This document shows positions 12,060 to 24,243 of a stretch of 64,000 nucleotides of DNA, in pieces; the first letter of the stretch is position 1, and each line of letters begins with the position of its first letter. The stretch is from positions 8,866,001 through 8,930,000 of the forward strand of contig CBDIYR020000001.1 in NCBI GenBank assembly GCA_965287045.1, given 5' to 3'. A model generated the notes under the pieces. The model made no database searches, was not told where the DNA came from, and was given only the letters and a program-made list of their open reading frames with translations. The stretch comes from Carcharhinus amblyrhynchos. Lineage: Eukaryota. The position numbers and the translations under genes were made by a program.

Positions 12060-13145
12060 CTATTGGAAAGTCCAATTGCATTTCTTTCTTTACAAGAGTT
12101 TTATCATAAATGTAATGCTAAAGGGCATTGGATAGAGTCTCAAACAATAGACTTGAGAAAATAAAAACAGCAGGAACGTGGATACCAAATGGACTGAATA
12201 AAAGGAAGGAGATATTAATGGTCAATGGACATTTTTTTGGAGGGGGGTGGAACTGGACGAAGCTTTGTACTTGTTCTCCCCAGTGTTCATATTGAGACCT
12301 TTGCTTTTCCTGATCAATAACAATGGTCTAGATCTTGCTGTGCTGGAGACACTTTCAAAGTTTGTGGATGAACCAAAATTGGAAAGTATTTTAAAATATG
12401 AAGGGAACAATGCATAGAACTTGAAAATTATGAAGACAAGTTGCTGGGGTATCCAGATATGTGGCAGATGAGGTTCAACGTGGAGCTGTGTGAGGTAATG
12501 AGCTTTAGGTGGAAGAACATGAAGAGACGATATAAGATAAGTGGTAAAATTCTTAACTGAGGGGCATGCGCATTGATCATTGAAGATGGCAGGACAGGTG
12601 GAGAGAGAAGCTAATGAAGCATGCAGTATTGGATACAGAGTATAAAAGCAAGGGGGTTATGCCAACTTACACTGGAGATGGGATAGATCTGTACAGAGGC
12701 CAACGGTCTACAGGAAGGGCTTGGACGAAATGGAGAGAATAAATAACTTCAGTTATGATGTTCTCCGTGAAGAGAAAGAAGTTAATAGCAGATTTGATCG
12801 AAATTTTCAAAATCATGAGGAGTCTTGACAGATTAGATAGGGGGACACTGCTCCTGCACATGAAAGGATCAAGAATATACACAGTTTAAACACATTTGTA
12901 AAAGATGCAAATATGATGCAAGAAAGAAACTTGCAAGTGTTTCAGATCTGGAATGCATTGCCTGGAATTGTGTCGAGGGCAAATTCAATCGAGGCATTCA
13001 AAAGGGCTTTGAATTTTAATAGGAACAGTCTGCAGGAGTACAGGAAGGGGCAGGGGAAAGCACTAAGTCATGGTACTTATTTGGAGAGCCAGTGCAGACA
13101 CAATAGACTGAATAGCCTCCATCTGTGACCTAACGATTCTGTGAT
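12060..13145 (+). mobile_element. Old CR1 LINE remnant
   Basis: Degenerate aagtttgtggatgaaccaaaattgg (KFADDTKL-like) and CR1 3' region; many stops. Confidence 0.6.
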
Positions 13146-14528
13146 CAGTGGTGATATGGTACCTTTCAGAAATATATTTATAACTTTTTTTTGTCAGAGG
13201 CATGTTTAGAATTCAAATCTGTTTTGCAGGGTGTTGATTTGTCTAAGACAACCTGAAATATGTAGCTGGGTGAACAAGTATCCATTTTAGGCATGAAGTG
13301 CTTGTTTAAGCAGAGCTAATGCATTTGTCTTTACTTAGATTCTCGTCAGGTTTCAGAGAAGAGATTAGATTAGGTTGATGGGCAGCGTCACAGTTATGTG
13401 ATTAATGGGAGGAGGTAAGCTTATAGGAAAGAAGTATTGCTTCCGTTTCATATTTTAGAAATACAAACAGTTGCTGCCTGAGCTGTCTGAAGAAAACAGT
13501 GTCTGTTTCTCTCTCCAAAGACTTTATGAAAGCTCCAAAGCCTGCTAATCTCAGTCACAGCATGCATGCCTGTGTTCTGTTAACCGATTTTAAAGAAAGG
13601 TTTATGTCTGTTATTGTTTGAATTGGAACTATAGCAATAGATTAGCATTGCAGAATTGTATCTTGTCATGTTCATGTATTGTTCAATTTTTAAAAGATAA
13701 GTTAATTAATTTGTTATAGCTGTGTTGCGTTGTTAAATAAAATTTGTTATTATAAAAGCTTTCCAATGTGTCAGTAGAATCACGCCTGGAGTGAAATATC
13801 CTATCCTCACATTTGTTGGGCCTAGTCTGGGTGTGTAATACACCTTCCCATTTCTGCTATGATACCCTAGCAGACTGTAGTATTTTTAATAGAAAACAAC
13901 TATATCCAAATGTTGAAATGACATTTGCATTAAATAACTGTTACAATAATAATTTCAGTATTGCAATTTATGGGTTGTAATGACTTAACAACAGAGTATC
14001 ACTATCGAACGGAAGAAGACCATTCAGCTCATCCAGTCAGTGATTTTTCTTTGTAAAAATGTTCAGACTTTTCCATCTCCCTGTTATATCCCTGTAGCTC
14101 TGCAACTCCATTTTTCTCATTTTCCCATCTAATTTCCTTTTAAAATAATTCATGCCTGTGCTTCCTGGGTAGGCCATTGTCATTCCATTATCATTTTCCG
14201 CATGAAACAAATACTTCCTCAAGTTATCCTGCAGCTTTTGCCCAAGATATTATGTATGTCCCCTAGTACTTATACCATCACGTAACGTAGTAGCTTTTCT
14301 TTGTCTACGTTGTCTAAATCTAACACAATTGTTTGCATCTCCATCAGAGCTTTATTCAATCTCCTTTCCTGGAAGGACAGCAACCCCATCTTCTCCAAGG
14401 TAACCTGGCATATAAACCCTCAATCTCTGAGGTCACTTTGGTAACTCTCCTTTGCATCTTCTGAAGAAAACTCCCACTCTTCCCTATGCGTAGTACCTTG
14501 AAGCAGACAGGAGGATATGTTGACTTAC

Positions 14529-14549
14529 CTTTACTTAAACCACAGATTA
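14529..14549 (-). CDS. TRBC: TCR beta constant exon 2 (hinge, interchain Cys)
   Basis: tttctttcag|TAATCTGTGGTTTAAGTAAAG|gtaagt gives (V)ICGLSK(E); 21 nt phase 1-1 exon. Confidence 0.93.
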
Positions 14550-14844
14550 CTGAAAGAAATGGAGAAAGAAAAACGTTTTAGCACCTGGCACGTTATGGAA
14601 TTACTGCGTAGATGCAAATCATGACAGTTGTAAGTCATATTCAGTTTATTACCTTGCAACAGTCACTTAAATATGATTTTTAACATTGTTTCCCACTACA
14701 TTTGTTCTCTGTTCTTATTCATTTAGCTATTTATTGATCTACAGATTCATCTACTTGATCACTGAGAGAAGCAAAGTAACCATGCAAGATACTACTTTCT
14801 TCGAAGCTAAAGCAGAATAGCATGGGTCGCTTTAATGGTCCTAC

Positions 14845-15189
14845 CAGCAGTGACGTTAAGCACGTCCTTGTGGGTATGTGGAACTGATCCTTCAGTATAG
14901 TGTTTTACTTCACAATTGACCGTTTTGGTCCTGACCCAGTCTTGAAGCCCGAATCGCAGGCGACTGCTGATGCTGAAGGTCTTGCTCTCATTCACGAAGA
15001 TGGATTTGGGATCGGTTTGAATGCTTGTGTCATTGGCAGCCCTTTCCTTGCCATTGACAAACCAAGTGATCTGGATGTTGTCGGGGTAGAATTTAGATAC
15101 GAAGCAAACCACAGTGGCACTTTTCTTCTCTTTGATCTCATGGGGAGAGGGTTCAAAGACTGTAACTGTGGCATCCTGAACTTCATGTT
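14845..15189 (-). CDS. TRBC: TCR beta constant exon 1 (Ig C1 domain)
   Basis: cacacag|AACATGAAG...; VTVFEPSPHEIKEKKSATVVCFVSKFYPDNIQITWFVNGKE...FSISSRLR...WVRTKTVNCEVKHY; donor G|gtagg. Confidence 0.97.
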
Positions 15190-16199
15190 CTGTGTGCAAA
15201 TTAAACAGAAATAAATGGTGAGAACACGGATGAGAATGAAACCAAACTGACATTTCTTTGCGATAGAACGCTTTTGTTAGGAAACTGTGGGCATACCTAC
15301 ATCACGGGGACTGCAGCTCACCTCAACTTTCTGAAGAACAACTCAAGATAGGCAAAAATGTTTAATTAGACATAAATACATTTTAGTTTCAGATTTTAAA
15401 GGCATCAACGGGTTTCAGGAAAAAACGGGAATATGGCATTGAGCTAGCGGATCAACAATGATCATGTTGAATGGTGGAGCAGATTCGAAGGTCGAAGGGC
15501 CTTCTTGCGTTCCTAGTTTCGAAGTTTCTATATGAAAAATTAGATCATTATATGAAGTGTAATTCTTCGTGGGGAAGGAAATCTTTTTTCACGTCAATTT
15601 CAAGGTCTGATCCGGATTCATGTTTTCAGGCTAATGGACTACCATTCATTCTACCCCTGTAGAGCTCTATCCGATGTCTATTTCAGTCCATGTGATCAGC
15701 AACATAGCCATCATTTTATATGGCGATTCACTGGGTCATTCGGTCTATCATGCGAGTGCAAGCACTTTGTTGGAGGTATCACGTTTGCCTCATTTTATCC
15801 ACCTTTTCTCTTCTCTCATAATCCAGTAAGTTGGTCTCTGAATTGTTATCAATTTCCTTCAACACTAATACGATTTGATCTACTTCCATCATCATGTCCA
15901 GCAGTGCATTCTGGATCAAATAACCGACTCATTAAAAATGAATTTATTTCCCCCACTGCCTTTTTGCCCATCTTCTTAATCAGGGAGCTGCATTTTCAAT
16001 GGAAGGCATTTAATTTTGAAGTATAAAGAGATCTGGGTTTACTGTTAAATATGTTACAATTTCATTCAAGTATAAATATTCGAATTCCTAACACAGCAAA
16101 TGATTCGTAGAATTTTTAGTCTAAATAAGATTATCAATAAGCCTCGTAAACTATAACTTAAAATAATTGGATCGAAAAGGCTGAAGCTTCCAAAACTTC

Positions 16200-17450
16200 A
16201 TAACTTTTTGAATGAAGAAAGTTATCCTCATCTCAGTTTTCAATCATCTGCCCCTTATCCAAAGATTGTATCTCTATACTTTTGATTCCCTCAGCAGCGA
16301 AACAATCTCTCCGTACGTACTCCATCAAGCCCTTTCAGAGTTTAGCAGGTTTTTTTTAAGATCAGCTATCAACTTTCAAACCCCAGAAAATAAAAAATGC
16401 AAAATTTAGTTAGCTTATCAGCTTCTGAGAACCTTCTCGTCCCAGGGACCCAGTCTTTAGAACCTTTGATGTATTGCCTCCAATGCAAGTATACTATTCC
16501 TTAAATGTGGATTCCAAAACTGCATTCAATATTTCAGATGTGGCATCACCAGCAAGTTTTATTTATTGTTGTACTCTAATCTTTTTTGCGATAGATGCCA
16601 GCATGTTATTTGCCTACCATTTAGCTTGCTGCACATTTGCCCGCTTTCTGAATTCAATCTACAAGCACACTCAAGCCTTTTTGACCATCAATAGGATTAG
16701 TAAAACAACTTGGCTTGTTCTAATCTTGCTATGCTTTTGTAAGTGCATTATTAAGGCTTCTTTAATGATAGATTGCAGCATTTCCCCAACAACTGATTTA
16801 GGTTAACTGCATTGAAGTTCATTGTTTCCTGTCTCTTCTTTCTTGACAAGTCGTGTAACATTTGTCTACTACTAATACAATTTCCAAATATAAGGAACTT
16901 GAGAAAATAATAACCAGCACGCCCATTATCTCTACAGCTATCTTTTTTAGAATACTGTGATGCACTCCATCAGGCCCCTGGAATTTGTCGGATTTTAGTC
17001 TCTCTAATCTTGCTCATACCTTATTCTGTAGTATTAATTTCCTTAATCGCCTCAGTCTCGGTTGTTTTGTGTTTTTGTGAAACTCACGTCTTCTACTGTT
17101 AAGTCGGTCATAAAATATATATTTATCGTGTCTGCCATTTCATCATTCCTTATGATAATTTCTCCTCTCTCAATTTCGTTTAGTTATTCATTAACTTTTT
17201 ATATACTTTAAATCTTTATATACTTATAAAAGATCTTGCAATCTGTTAACACTCCTGGCTAGTTCGTTCTCGTACTCTACCTTTTCCCTGCGTTCCATCT
17301 CTGGTTAATCCTTTGCTGTTGTCCAAACAAGCTCAACCCTCAGACTTGCTGCTTCTCTTTTTGCGATATTGTAAGCCTCTTCTTTTAATCCAACACCATT
17401 CTTTCCTTCTGAGTGAGCCACGGACAGGTATTTCCGAATGAAATTTTATT
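16200..17450 (-). mobile_element. Old CR1 LINE remnant
   Basis: Decayed CR1 ORF2-like blocks (ccatcaggcccctggaatttg, tccaaaactgcattcaatatttc); ends approximate. Confidence 0.5.
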
Positions 17451-17494
17451 TTTTAACAAAATCTGTTTGCTAAAGATTTTGATTTTTTTTAGTT

Positions 17495-17815
17495 CATAGA
17501 AACATAGAAACCTTACAATGCAAAATGAAGCCATTCGGCCCATCTATTACGTACAGACTCTGACAGAGCATCCTACCCTGGTCCTATTCATATTACCACA
17601 TATATTTACCCCATTAATCCCCTTAACTTACACATCTTTGGACACAATTTAGAATTGGCAATAAGTTAATCTGCGCATCTTTTGGACTGTGAGAGGAAAC
17701 CAGATCACCTGGAGGAAACCCATGCAGACACAGGTAGAACCTACAAACTCCACACAGTCATCCAAGACTGGAATTCAACCTGGGTCACTTGTGCTCTGAG
17801 ATAGCATTGCTAACT
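17495..17815 (-). mobile_element. HE1/V-SINE
   Basis: Tail catagaaacatagaa plus V core. Confidence 0.8.
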
Positions 17816-18192
17816 ATTTCTGCTTACTATACATTTCCCTCCATACAGTTTCATTTATTTACACAATTAACCTTAACCAATTCTCTCCTCATGCTTACGT
17901 TTAACATTATTGTTGTGATTTGAGTATGTCTTTTTTATGTTGAACGCGAAATTAGATGGTATTATGAACTCAGTACTTCCATTGAAGATTTCTGGAGAAG
18001 TGACGACCCAGGAAGTGGTGAGGATGTGAAACCCGCTACCTGAGTGCTGGTTGAGACAATTAGCATCGATGCATTTGAGGAAGATTCTGGATAAAGATAT
18101 AATTTGGCAAGAAATATAGCAGAATGTGTTTTTGGATTAGATGAGATGGGATGAAAGTTGGTTCGCTGAAAGTTCCATGTAATTCTATGTAG

Positions 18193-18515
18193 GACAGCAG
18201 GGTGGTCAAGAGGTTAGCACCAATGTCTCACAGTGCTAGGGGCCCGGGCTCAATTGGGTAACTGTCTGTCTGTATGGAGTTTGGACATTCTCCCTGTGTT
18301 TGCGTGGGTTTCCTCTGGGTACTCCAGTTTCCTCCCACAATCCAAAAATGTGCGGGTTCGTTAATTGGCCTTGCTGAATTGAATCTGATGTGTCAGGTGG
18401 ACTAACGGTGTAAATACATTGGATTACGGGATTAGAGCCTGGGTTAGATTGTTGGCGCTGTCTCGATGGGCCAAATCCCCTCCTTCTCTACCATAGGGAT
18501 TCTATGATTTTACGA
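18193..18515 (+). mobile_element. HE1/V-SINE
   Basis: Core ttctccctgtgtttgcgtgggtttcctctgggtactccagtttcctcccac. Confidence 0.8.
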
Positions 18516-19313
18516 TTCCAATTAACATGTGTACACATTTCAGAACCATAAGGGCATGTTCTCTCTTTTAGGTTTGTTATGCTCTTCATACTCAAAATGC
18601 ATTCAACTGATTAACCGTGATGTACCCACAACTGTCAACACAATCCAGTTCCCCCTAGTAATATATTGAGTTGTCGTAGATCAGTAAAACAATATTGCAG
18701 TGAAAGATATTCGGCTCAGATATGGTGACCATTCACCTACGTGGCGTTTAACAACTGTAATATGCAAATTCATTCACTTTATTGGGATGGGAGATTGGGT
18801 TTGGAAGGTAGGTGTAAGTTAAAGGGAAAATTTATGAGCAACTTTCATGGCATCCAGCCAGAATTTATAGGAAAACAATGTACACTGTATTGAACAATAT
18901 CTAAAGTTGCAATATTATAACGCATTGGAGTCTAATTTCGCACAGTTAAGTTCCCACAACGACCATATCTTTTCTACTGATGTTGGTTGAGTGATAAATG
19001 TTGGCCCCAGAACACTGGGAAGGAATTTGCTTATCTTCCTATGACAGTCATTTCTTTTTCACCCACCCGGGAGAACTAATGGACCCTTAGCTTAATGTCT
19101 CATCTGAAGGATGTCCCTCCTACTCTCTCAGTAGTAACCTACTGACCTTCAACAGTTACGTACGCCCTCAGTACTGAACATTCGACAGTATAGTGTGCCT
19201 TCAGCACTAAAACTCCAAAAGCATTGGCCTGAATTATGGACACAAACCTCGAGCAGGACTTTGAGTCAATTACTTCTTGCTTTGAAGGGAAGAGTGCTGC
19301 GTTATACACATAC

Positions 19314-19751
19314 AAAGAACAAAGTACAACCCAGCACGGGAAACAGGCCCTTCGGCCCAACGAGCCCGCGCCACCCCCCCCCCCCCCCCCAACAAAGCAT
19401 TTTCCTACACCAACCCTGCCCTGTGTGTATGTGAATGGAACCCCTAATGTAGCCAGATTCAGGGGAGAATAGTGTAGGGTCAATTTGGTACACCAATCAG
19501 CCTAAGAGCACATCTTTGGGGTGTGGGAGGAAACCGGAGCACCCGGAGGAAGCCCACGCAACCACAGGGAGAATGCGCAAACTCCCACAGACACAGGCCC
19601 AAATCCATGTATCTGCACAGCCAGCAGTGACAGTCACTGAGCTGTTGTGGTGCCCGTCTGCTGGTCCAGGATTAAGCATACACAACGACACGAAGTACTA
19701 GGCCACTCCCGAAACCTCCAAGAGCAGCCCACGCACGACCCACCGTGTGCA
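19314..19751 (-). mobile_element. V-SINE variant with atypical 5' head (second copy)
   Basis: Reverse complement aligns with 4619-5050 over head, core and tail. Confidence 0.7.
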
Positions 19752-19829
19752 TAGATATTGAGCAACAACCTGTTTCTCAGCAAGTTGAGCTGCTGATGAC
19801 AGAACTGGGTTGACAACTGGCATGTTTAC

Positions 19830-19878
19830 CTGGAGCTATTAATTTTGTAAGATAGGCGAAATAGAGCAGAGCCTTAAG
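19830..19878 (-). pseudogene. TRBJ: Atypical/ORF TRBJ (LKALLYFAYLTKLIAP), FGxG motif lost
   Basis: 49 nt open frame, donor G|gtaaac, YF-x3-TKL spacing; 12-RSS CACCAGA-12-TGAAAACAT at 19879-19906. Confidence 0.6.
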
Positions 19879-20096
19879 CACCAGAATGCATTGTTTCTGA
19901 AAACATTTCAGTTTGTGTCGAGCCTGAATCCAAGTTTAATTTCTGTGCGAATGTTTTTCACTTGTGCGTCTTCAGTCCTATTTTCTTTTACATCCTTTCT
20001 GGCTAGTTGTCTGCATAACTTTACTGTAATCATGTTATAAATGGAACAATATCGCTATAGCCCCTTCAGATTCGCAGCTTTATGGAGAACACACGG

Positions 20097-20208
20097 ACTT
20101 TCTCCAGTTTGTCTACATACTTGAAGTCCCTCAGCCGTGTTACTATTCTCATACTTTCTCCAGTTTGTCTACATACTTGAAGTCCCTCAGCCCTGTAACT
20201 ATTCTCAT
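20097..20208. repeat. 56 bp tandem duplication
   Basis: actttctccagtttgtctacatacttgaagtccctcagcc... occurs twice head-to-tail with ~2 mismatches. Confidence 0.95.
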
Positions 20209-20287
20209 GAACCTCATCTTCAGCCTCTTTAAAGCTTTGAAACACTTCCTAATGTATGGACAAAAATTGGACATAACGCTTCAGAAT

Positions 20288-21570
20288 TGGACACACTACC
20301 ATTACCAAAAGCGAATGGTGACTTTTTTATTTTAATGCGTGAATAAGTATGACCAGAAATGTTTTATCTTTATCACTGGTAGGAGAAGGTTCGATCGTAA
20401 CTTTCAAAAGCATTGCACCTATTCTGTAAAGGACAAGGTCTAAAAACTGTTTAATTTATGTAACGCTGTTGTGATAGTGCAGAAGAAACATTCGAACATG
20501 CTCAGTACCAGAGGAAATCGGGCAGAAAAATGATGACGACTAAGTATGCATTATGTGTAGATGACCTAAATATGACAGATAAAAAAGAGAGGGTGATGAC
20601 ATGGTTCTTAATGGAGTAGAAAGACAGGAGTGGAAGTGATGTTGGGACGCTGTGAAGAAGAGAGGGAGAACGGGTATTGGGGGGTGGGGCGGCGCGTTTT
20701 CGCTGTTCAGAGTCCAGGTAGCTAACAGAAAAGCAGTTAACAGAATGAAATAGGGATCAGGCAAATAGGCCACAATTCGATAAGTGCACAAACCTTGCAA
20801 ATGCATAATATTCTGCCTCTGATAAACTACAAAGTTAATTCCTGAAATAATTGTCCCATCTCACCTGTTCGCACCGTTAAACATGTTAACGTGTGCACAA
20901 AACCCTATAATTAACTAACCGCTAAACACCAGAAATGGAAGCTTTGAAAAGTAACAAATCAAAAATAGTAACTATATAATAACTCACTCTGTACTGAAAG
21001 CTTAACTTCAACTCAATAAAACCACTTTGTGTTATTAGGACAAAGTTAACAACCTTTGTATTACAGTTATTAATTCACTTATTGTTTGCAGCACAATATG
21101 TCTATAGACTTGAGGAGTAAGTATTGGAATGTTGGTTCTTTTGGTTTATATCTTGACTAATTGGAAATGACATAACTACCGAATTTTTTCCATATCTGGG
21201 TAGCGAACCTGATGTGGGATCCCAAGGCATTTGCAGAGGGTTCAGAGCAAATCTATCGGAATAGAACCGAGGGGCTTCTGTCCTCGTGGATAGACTGGAG
21301 AAGCTTGGATTTTTATCCCCAGAACAAAAAAGGTTAAGGGGAGATTTGATAGGCGCGTTCAGAAACAACATTTGAGGTAAAATGGATAAGTTGTTTCTCT
21401 GGCAGATAAGTTGGTGACCACTGGACACACTATCATTACCAAAAGCGAGAGGTGACTTTTTTATTTTAATGCGTGAATAGGTATGACCAGAAATGTTTTA
21501 TCTTCATCACTGGTAGAAGAAGGTTCGATCGTAACTTTCCAAAGGATTGCACCTATTCTGTAAAGGACAA
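20288..21570 (+). repeat. ~150 bp direct repeat pair (20288-20437 and 21422-21570)
   Basis: tggacacactaccattaccaaaagcg...cctattctgtaaaggacaa in both copies, few mismatches; CR1-derived sequence. Confidence 0.9.
20988..21022 (-). pseudogene. Possible J relic (FY*VEVKLSVQ)
   Basis: Ends KLSVQ+A|gtgagt donor; CACTTTG heptamer-like at 21023-21029; short, has a stop, weak nonamer. Confidence 0.3.
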
Positions 21571-23035
21571 TGCTGTAGAACAAAGCTGAAAGATCGCAGG
21601 CAATGCAAATGGAATAACTCTCTCATTGAATTTACAGAGGTACGCTGGGCCAAATGAACTGTGCTGCATAATAAAAGAGATCTTGAAGCAGTTCAATTGT
21701 AATTGAAAACCCATTTGGTTCACTAACCTGAGTAAGGAAACCTTGTGTCCTTACTCAGTCCTCACCTATATGTAAGTCCTCTCCGATCCAACGTGCTTAT
21801 CTCCCAACTACTCACTGAAGCAGCCATTCCCTAGTATCTAAACCAAGTGCCAATTGTTTAAGGAACAAGCCCAGTAACTTCTGCTTCAGGTAAACAAAGA
21901 ATGGGAAATGAATGCTAACGATTTCCACATCTGAAGTTCATTTATTATACAGAGTGCAATTGTTAAGATGCTTGGTGCATTCTACTGATGTTGGCTTTAA
22001 ATCAAGGCTTTATATTATGTTTCGTCATGCGTTTAACCTCAATATTTGTGCAACTGAACTATTCTCCTGAAGAAAGGCAAGGACCGTTTTCCATCCAAAC
22101 TCTCACCTTTTAATCCCTTGACTAATCTTTGTTTATTACACACAATATTTTTGCTACATAAGAGTATTCATGACCTCGGAAACAAACGTGCTTAGATGGA
22201 ATTCAATTTACGATCTAACTGAATGGCAAATTAGGGCCAAGGGATGATGGCTCTTCTGCTCTTCTGTAGCTTGTTATGCTTAATGAGAGCAGATAACACG
22301 GATGCTACTTCCTTTTTGAAAATGTTGACAAGGATTTGCATCCGTTGTCAACTCTACAGCAGCCGTTTATTGCTGCGTTCATCTTTTACAAATACTGGGT
22401 ACTTGTCGAACCTTGCTTTTCTCTCGCCACGTCGGTGAAAATAAATACGGAACCTATCGTCCTATTTTGGTGGTGTTGGTTATGGGATACGGGGCAGCGG
22501 AGAGGGAGTGGGTGGGGTGGGGTGGGGTGGCGGGGAGGTCGGCGCCACATTCCTATTTGTCTCTGCGAAAACAGAAACCCTGATTTCAATCGAACGCTAA
22601 TTTCAAAAAGTTTTCCTCTTAATGTGAGTGTCTCCACGAGCAGGGAAATCAGTCAAAGTTACCCGGCCCTTGGCATCATAGGAGCCTACTTCAGACGTCT
22701 CAGTCTATTTCCCTCTTATTTAGCTTGGAATGCTATTATCGACATATTTTCCAAGGTGCATAGAGATATATGATTTCTTCACTGAAGATTGGAATATTGA
22801 GGGGCATTAGACGATTGCAGGATACAGCAGTAGACAATAAAATTGCTTAAATCAACACTGATGGCACACTTGACACAAAAAATTAAGTTTGTTATCAACA
22901 AAGCAATTGAACATAAGAACATAAGAAATAGGAGCAGGAGTAGGCCATCTAGCCCTTCGAGCCTGTTTTAACGATGTGATCAATCTTAACACCATGGAGA
23001 TAAACCTCACTGTACCAGAAATTATGAAATATGCT

Positions 23036-23355
23036 GGGGCGGCACGATGGCACAGTGGTTAGCACTGCTGCCTCACAGCGCCAGGGATCCGGGTTCAATT
23101 CCCAGCTTGGGTCACTGTCTGCGTGAAATTTGCACGTTCTGCCCGTGCCTGCGTGGGTTTCCTCCAGGGGCTCCGGTTTCTTCTCACAGTCCAAACATGT
23201 GCATATTAGGTTAATTGGCCATGCTAATTTGCTCCTTAGTGTCAAGAGGATTGGGAGGGTAAATATGTGTGGTTACGGGTATAGGACAGGACAAAAGTGG
23301 GATTGTTGTCGGTACTAATGGGCCAAATGGGCTCCTTCTGCACTGCTGATTCCAT
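23036..23355 (+). mobile_element. HE1/V-SINE
   Basis: ggggcggcacgatggcacagtggttagcactgctgcc head with B box gggttcaattccc and V core. Confidence 0.88.
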
Positions 23356-23564
23356 GTTTCATTTTTAAATTGCTCTTACAAATGTTAAAACGGTGATTTT
23401 ATTAAACTTACATTTTCATTACTATTCCTTTCGATCTCTCTCCCTTCCTCTTTCTTTCTCTCCCTCTTCTCCCCTCGCCCGTTTCTAATATATATTTCCC
23501 TCTGATCATGATTCTTTCTGCACCCGATTTGACTTAAAATAATCTTGCCTTTCAGTCGTCAGTC

Positions 23565-24243
23565 TTCAACTTCGTCCCCCTATATCAACGGACTGAAGTA
23601 GGAATGATCGAGAGCTTCAAGGTTTTAGGTATCCAGATCACCTGCAACCTGTACGGGTCCCCCCTTGCCGACATTGTAATTAAGAAAACCCACCAACCCC
23701 TCTACTTTCTCAGAACACTAAAGAAATTTGGCATGTCAGCTACAACTCTCGCCAACATAGATGCACCATAGAAAGCATTATTTCTGGTTGTATCACAGCT
23801 TGGTACAGGTCCTGTTCTGCCCAAGGCCGCAAGAAACTACAAAATGTCATGCATGTAGTCCAAACCACCAGGCATACCACTCTCCCATCCATTGACTCTG
23901 TCTACACTTCCAGCTACCTCGGAAAAGCAGCCATCATTATTAAGGACCCCACGCACACCGGACATACTTTCTTCTACATTCTTCCGTCGGGAAAAAGATA
24001 CAAAAGTCTGAGGCCGGGTGCCAACCGACCCAAGAACAGCTTCTTCCCTGCTGCCATCAACCTTTTGAATGGAGCCACTTTGCATTAAGTTGATCTTTCT
24101 CTGCATCCTAGCTATGACTGTAACACTACATTGCGCACTCTCTCCTTTCCTTCTCTATGCCCGGCATGCTTTGACTGTATAGCGTAAGAAACAATACTTT
24201 TCAGTGTATACTAATATATGCCGCAATGATAAATCAAATCAAT
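23565..24243 (+). mobile_element. Rex1/Babar-type LINE 3' fragment
   Basis: Encodes degenerate ESFKVLGIQIT...KKTHQPLYFLRTLKKFGMS...RCTIESIISGCITAWY; tail ataaatcaaatcaat. Confidence 0.75.

Noticed and set aside
20860-20930. J-like ending TCLTVRT|gtgag
   Set aside because: No F/W-G motif and no properly spaced RSS.
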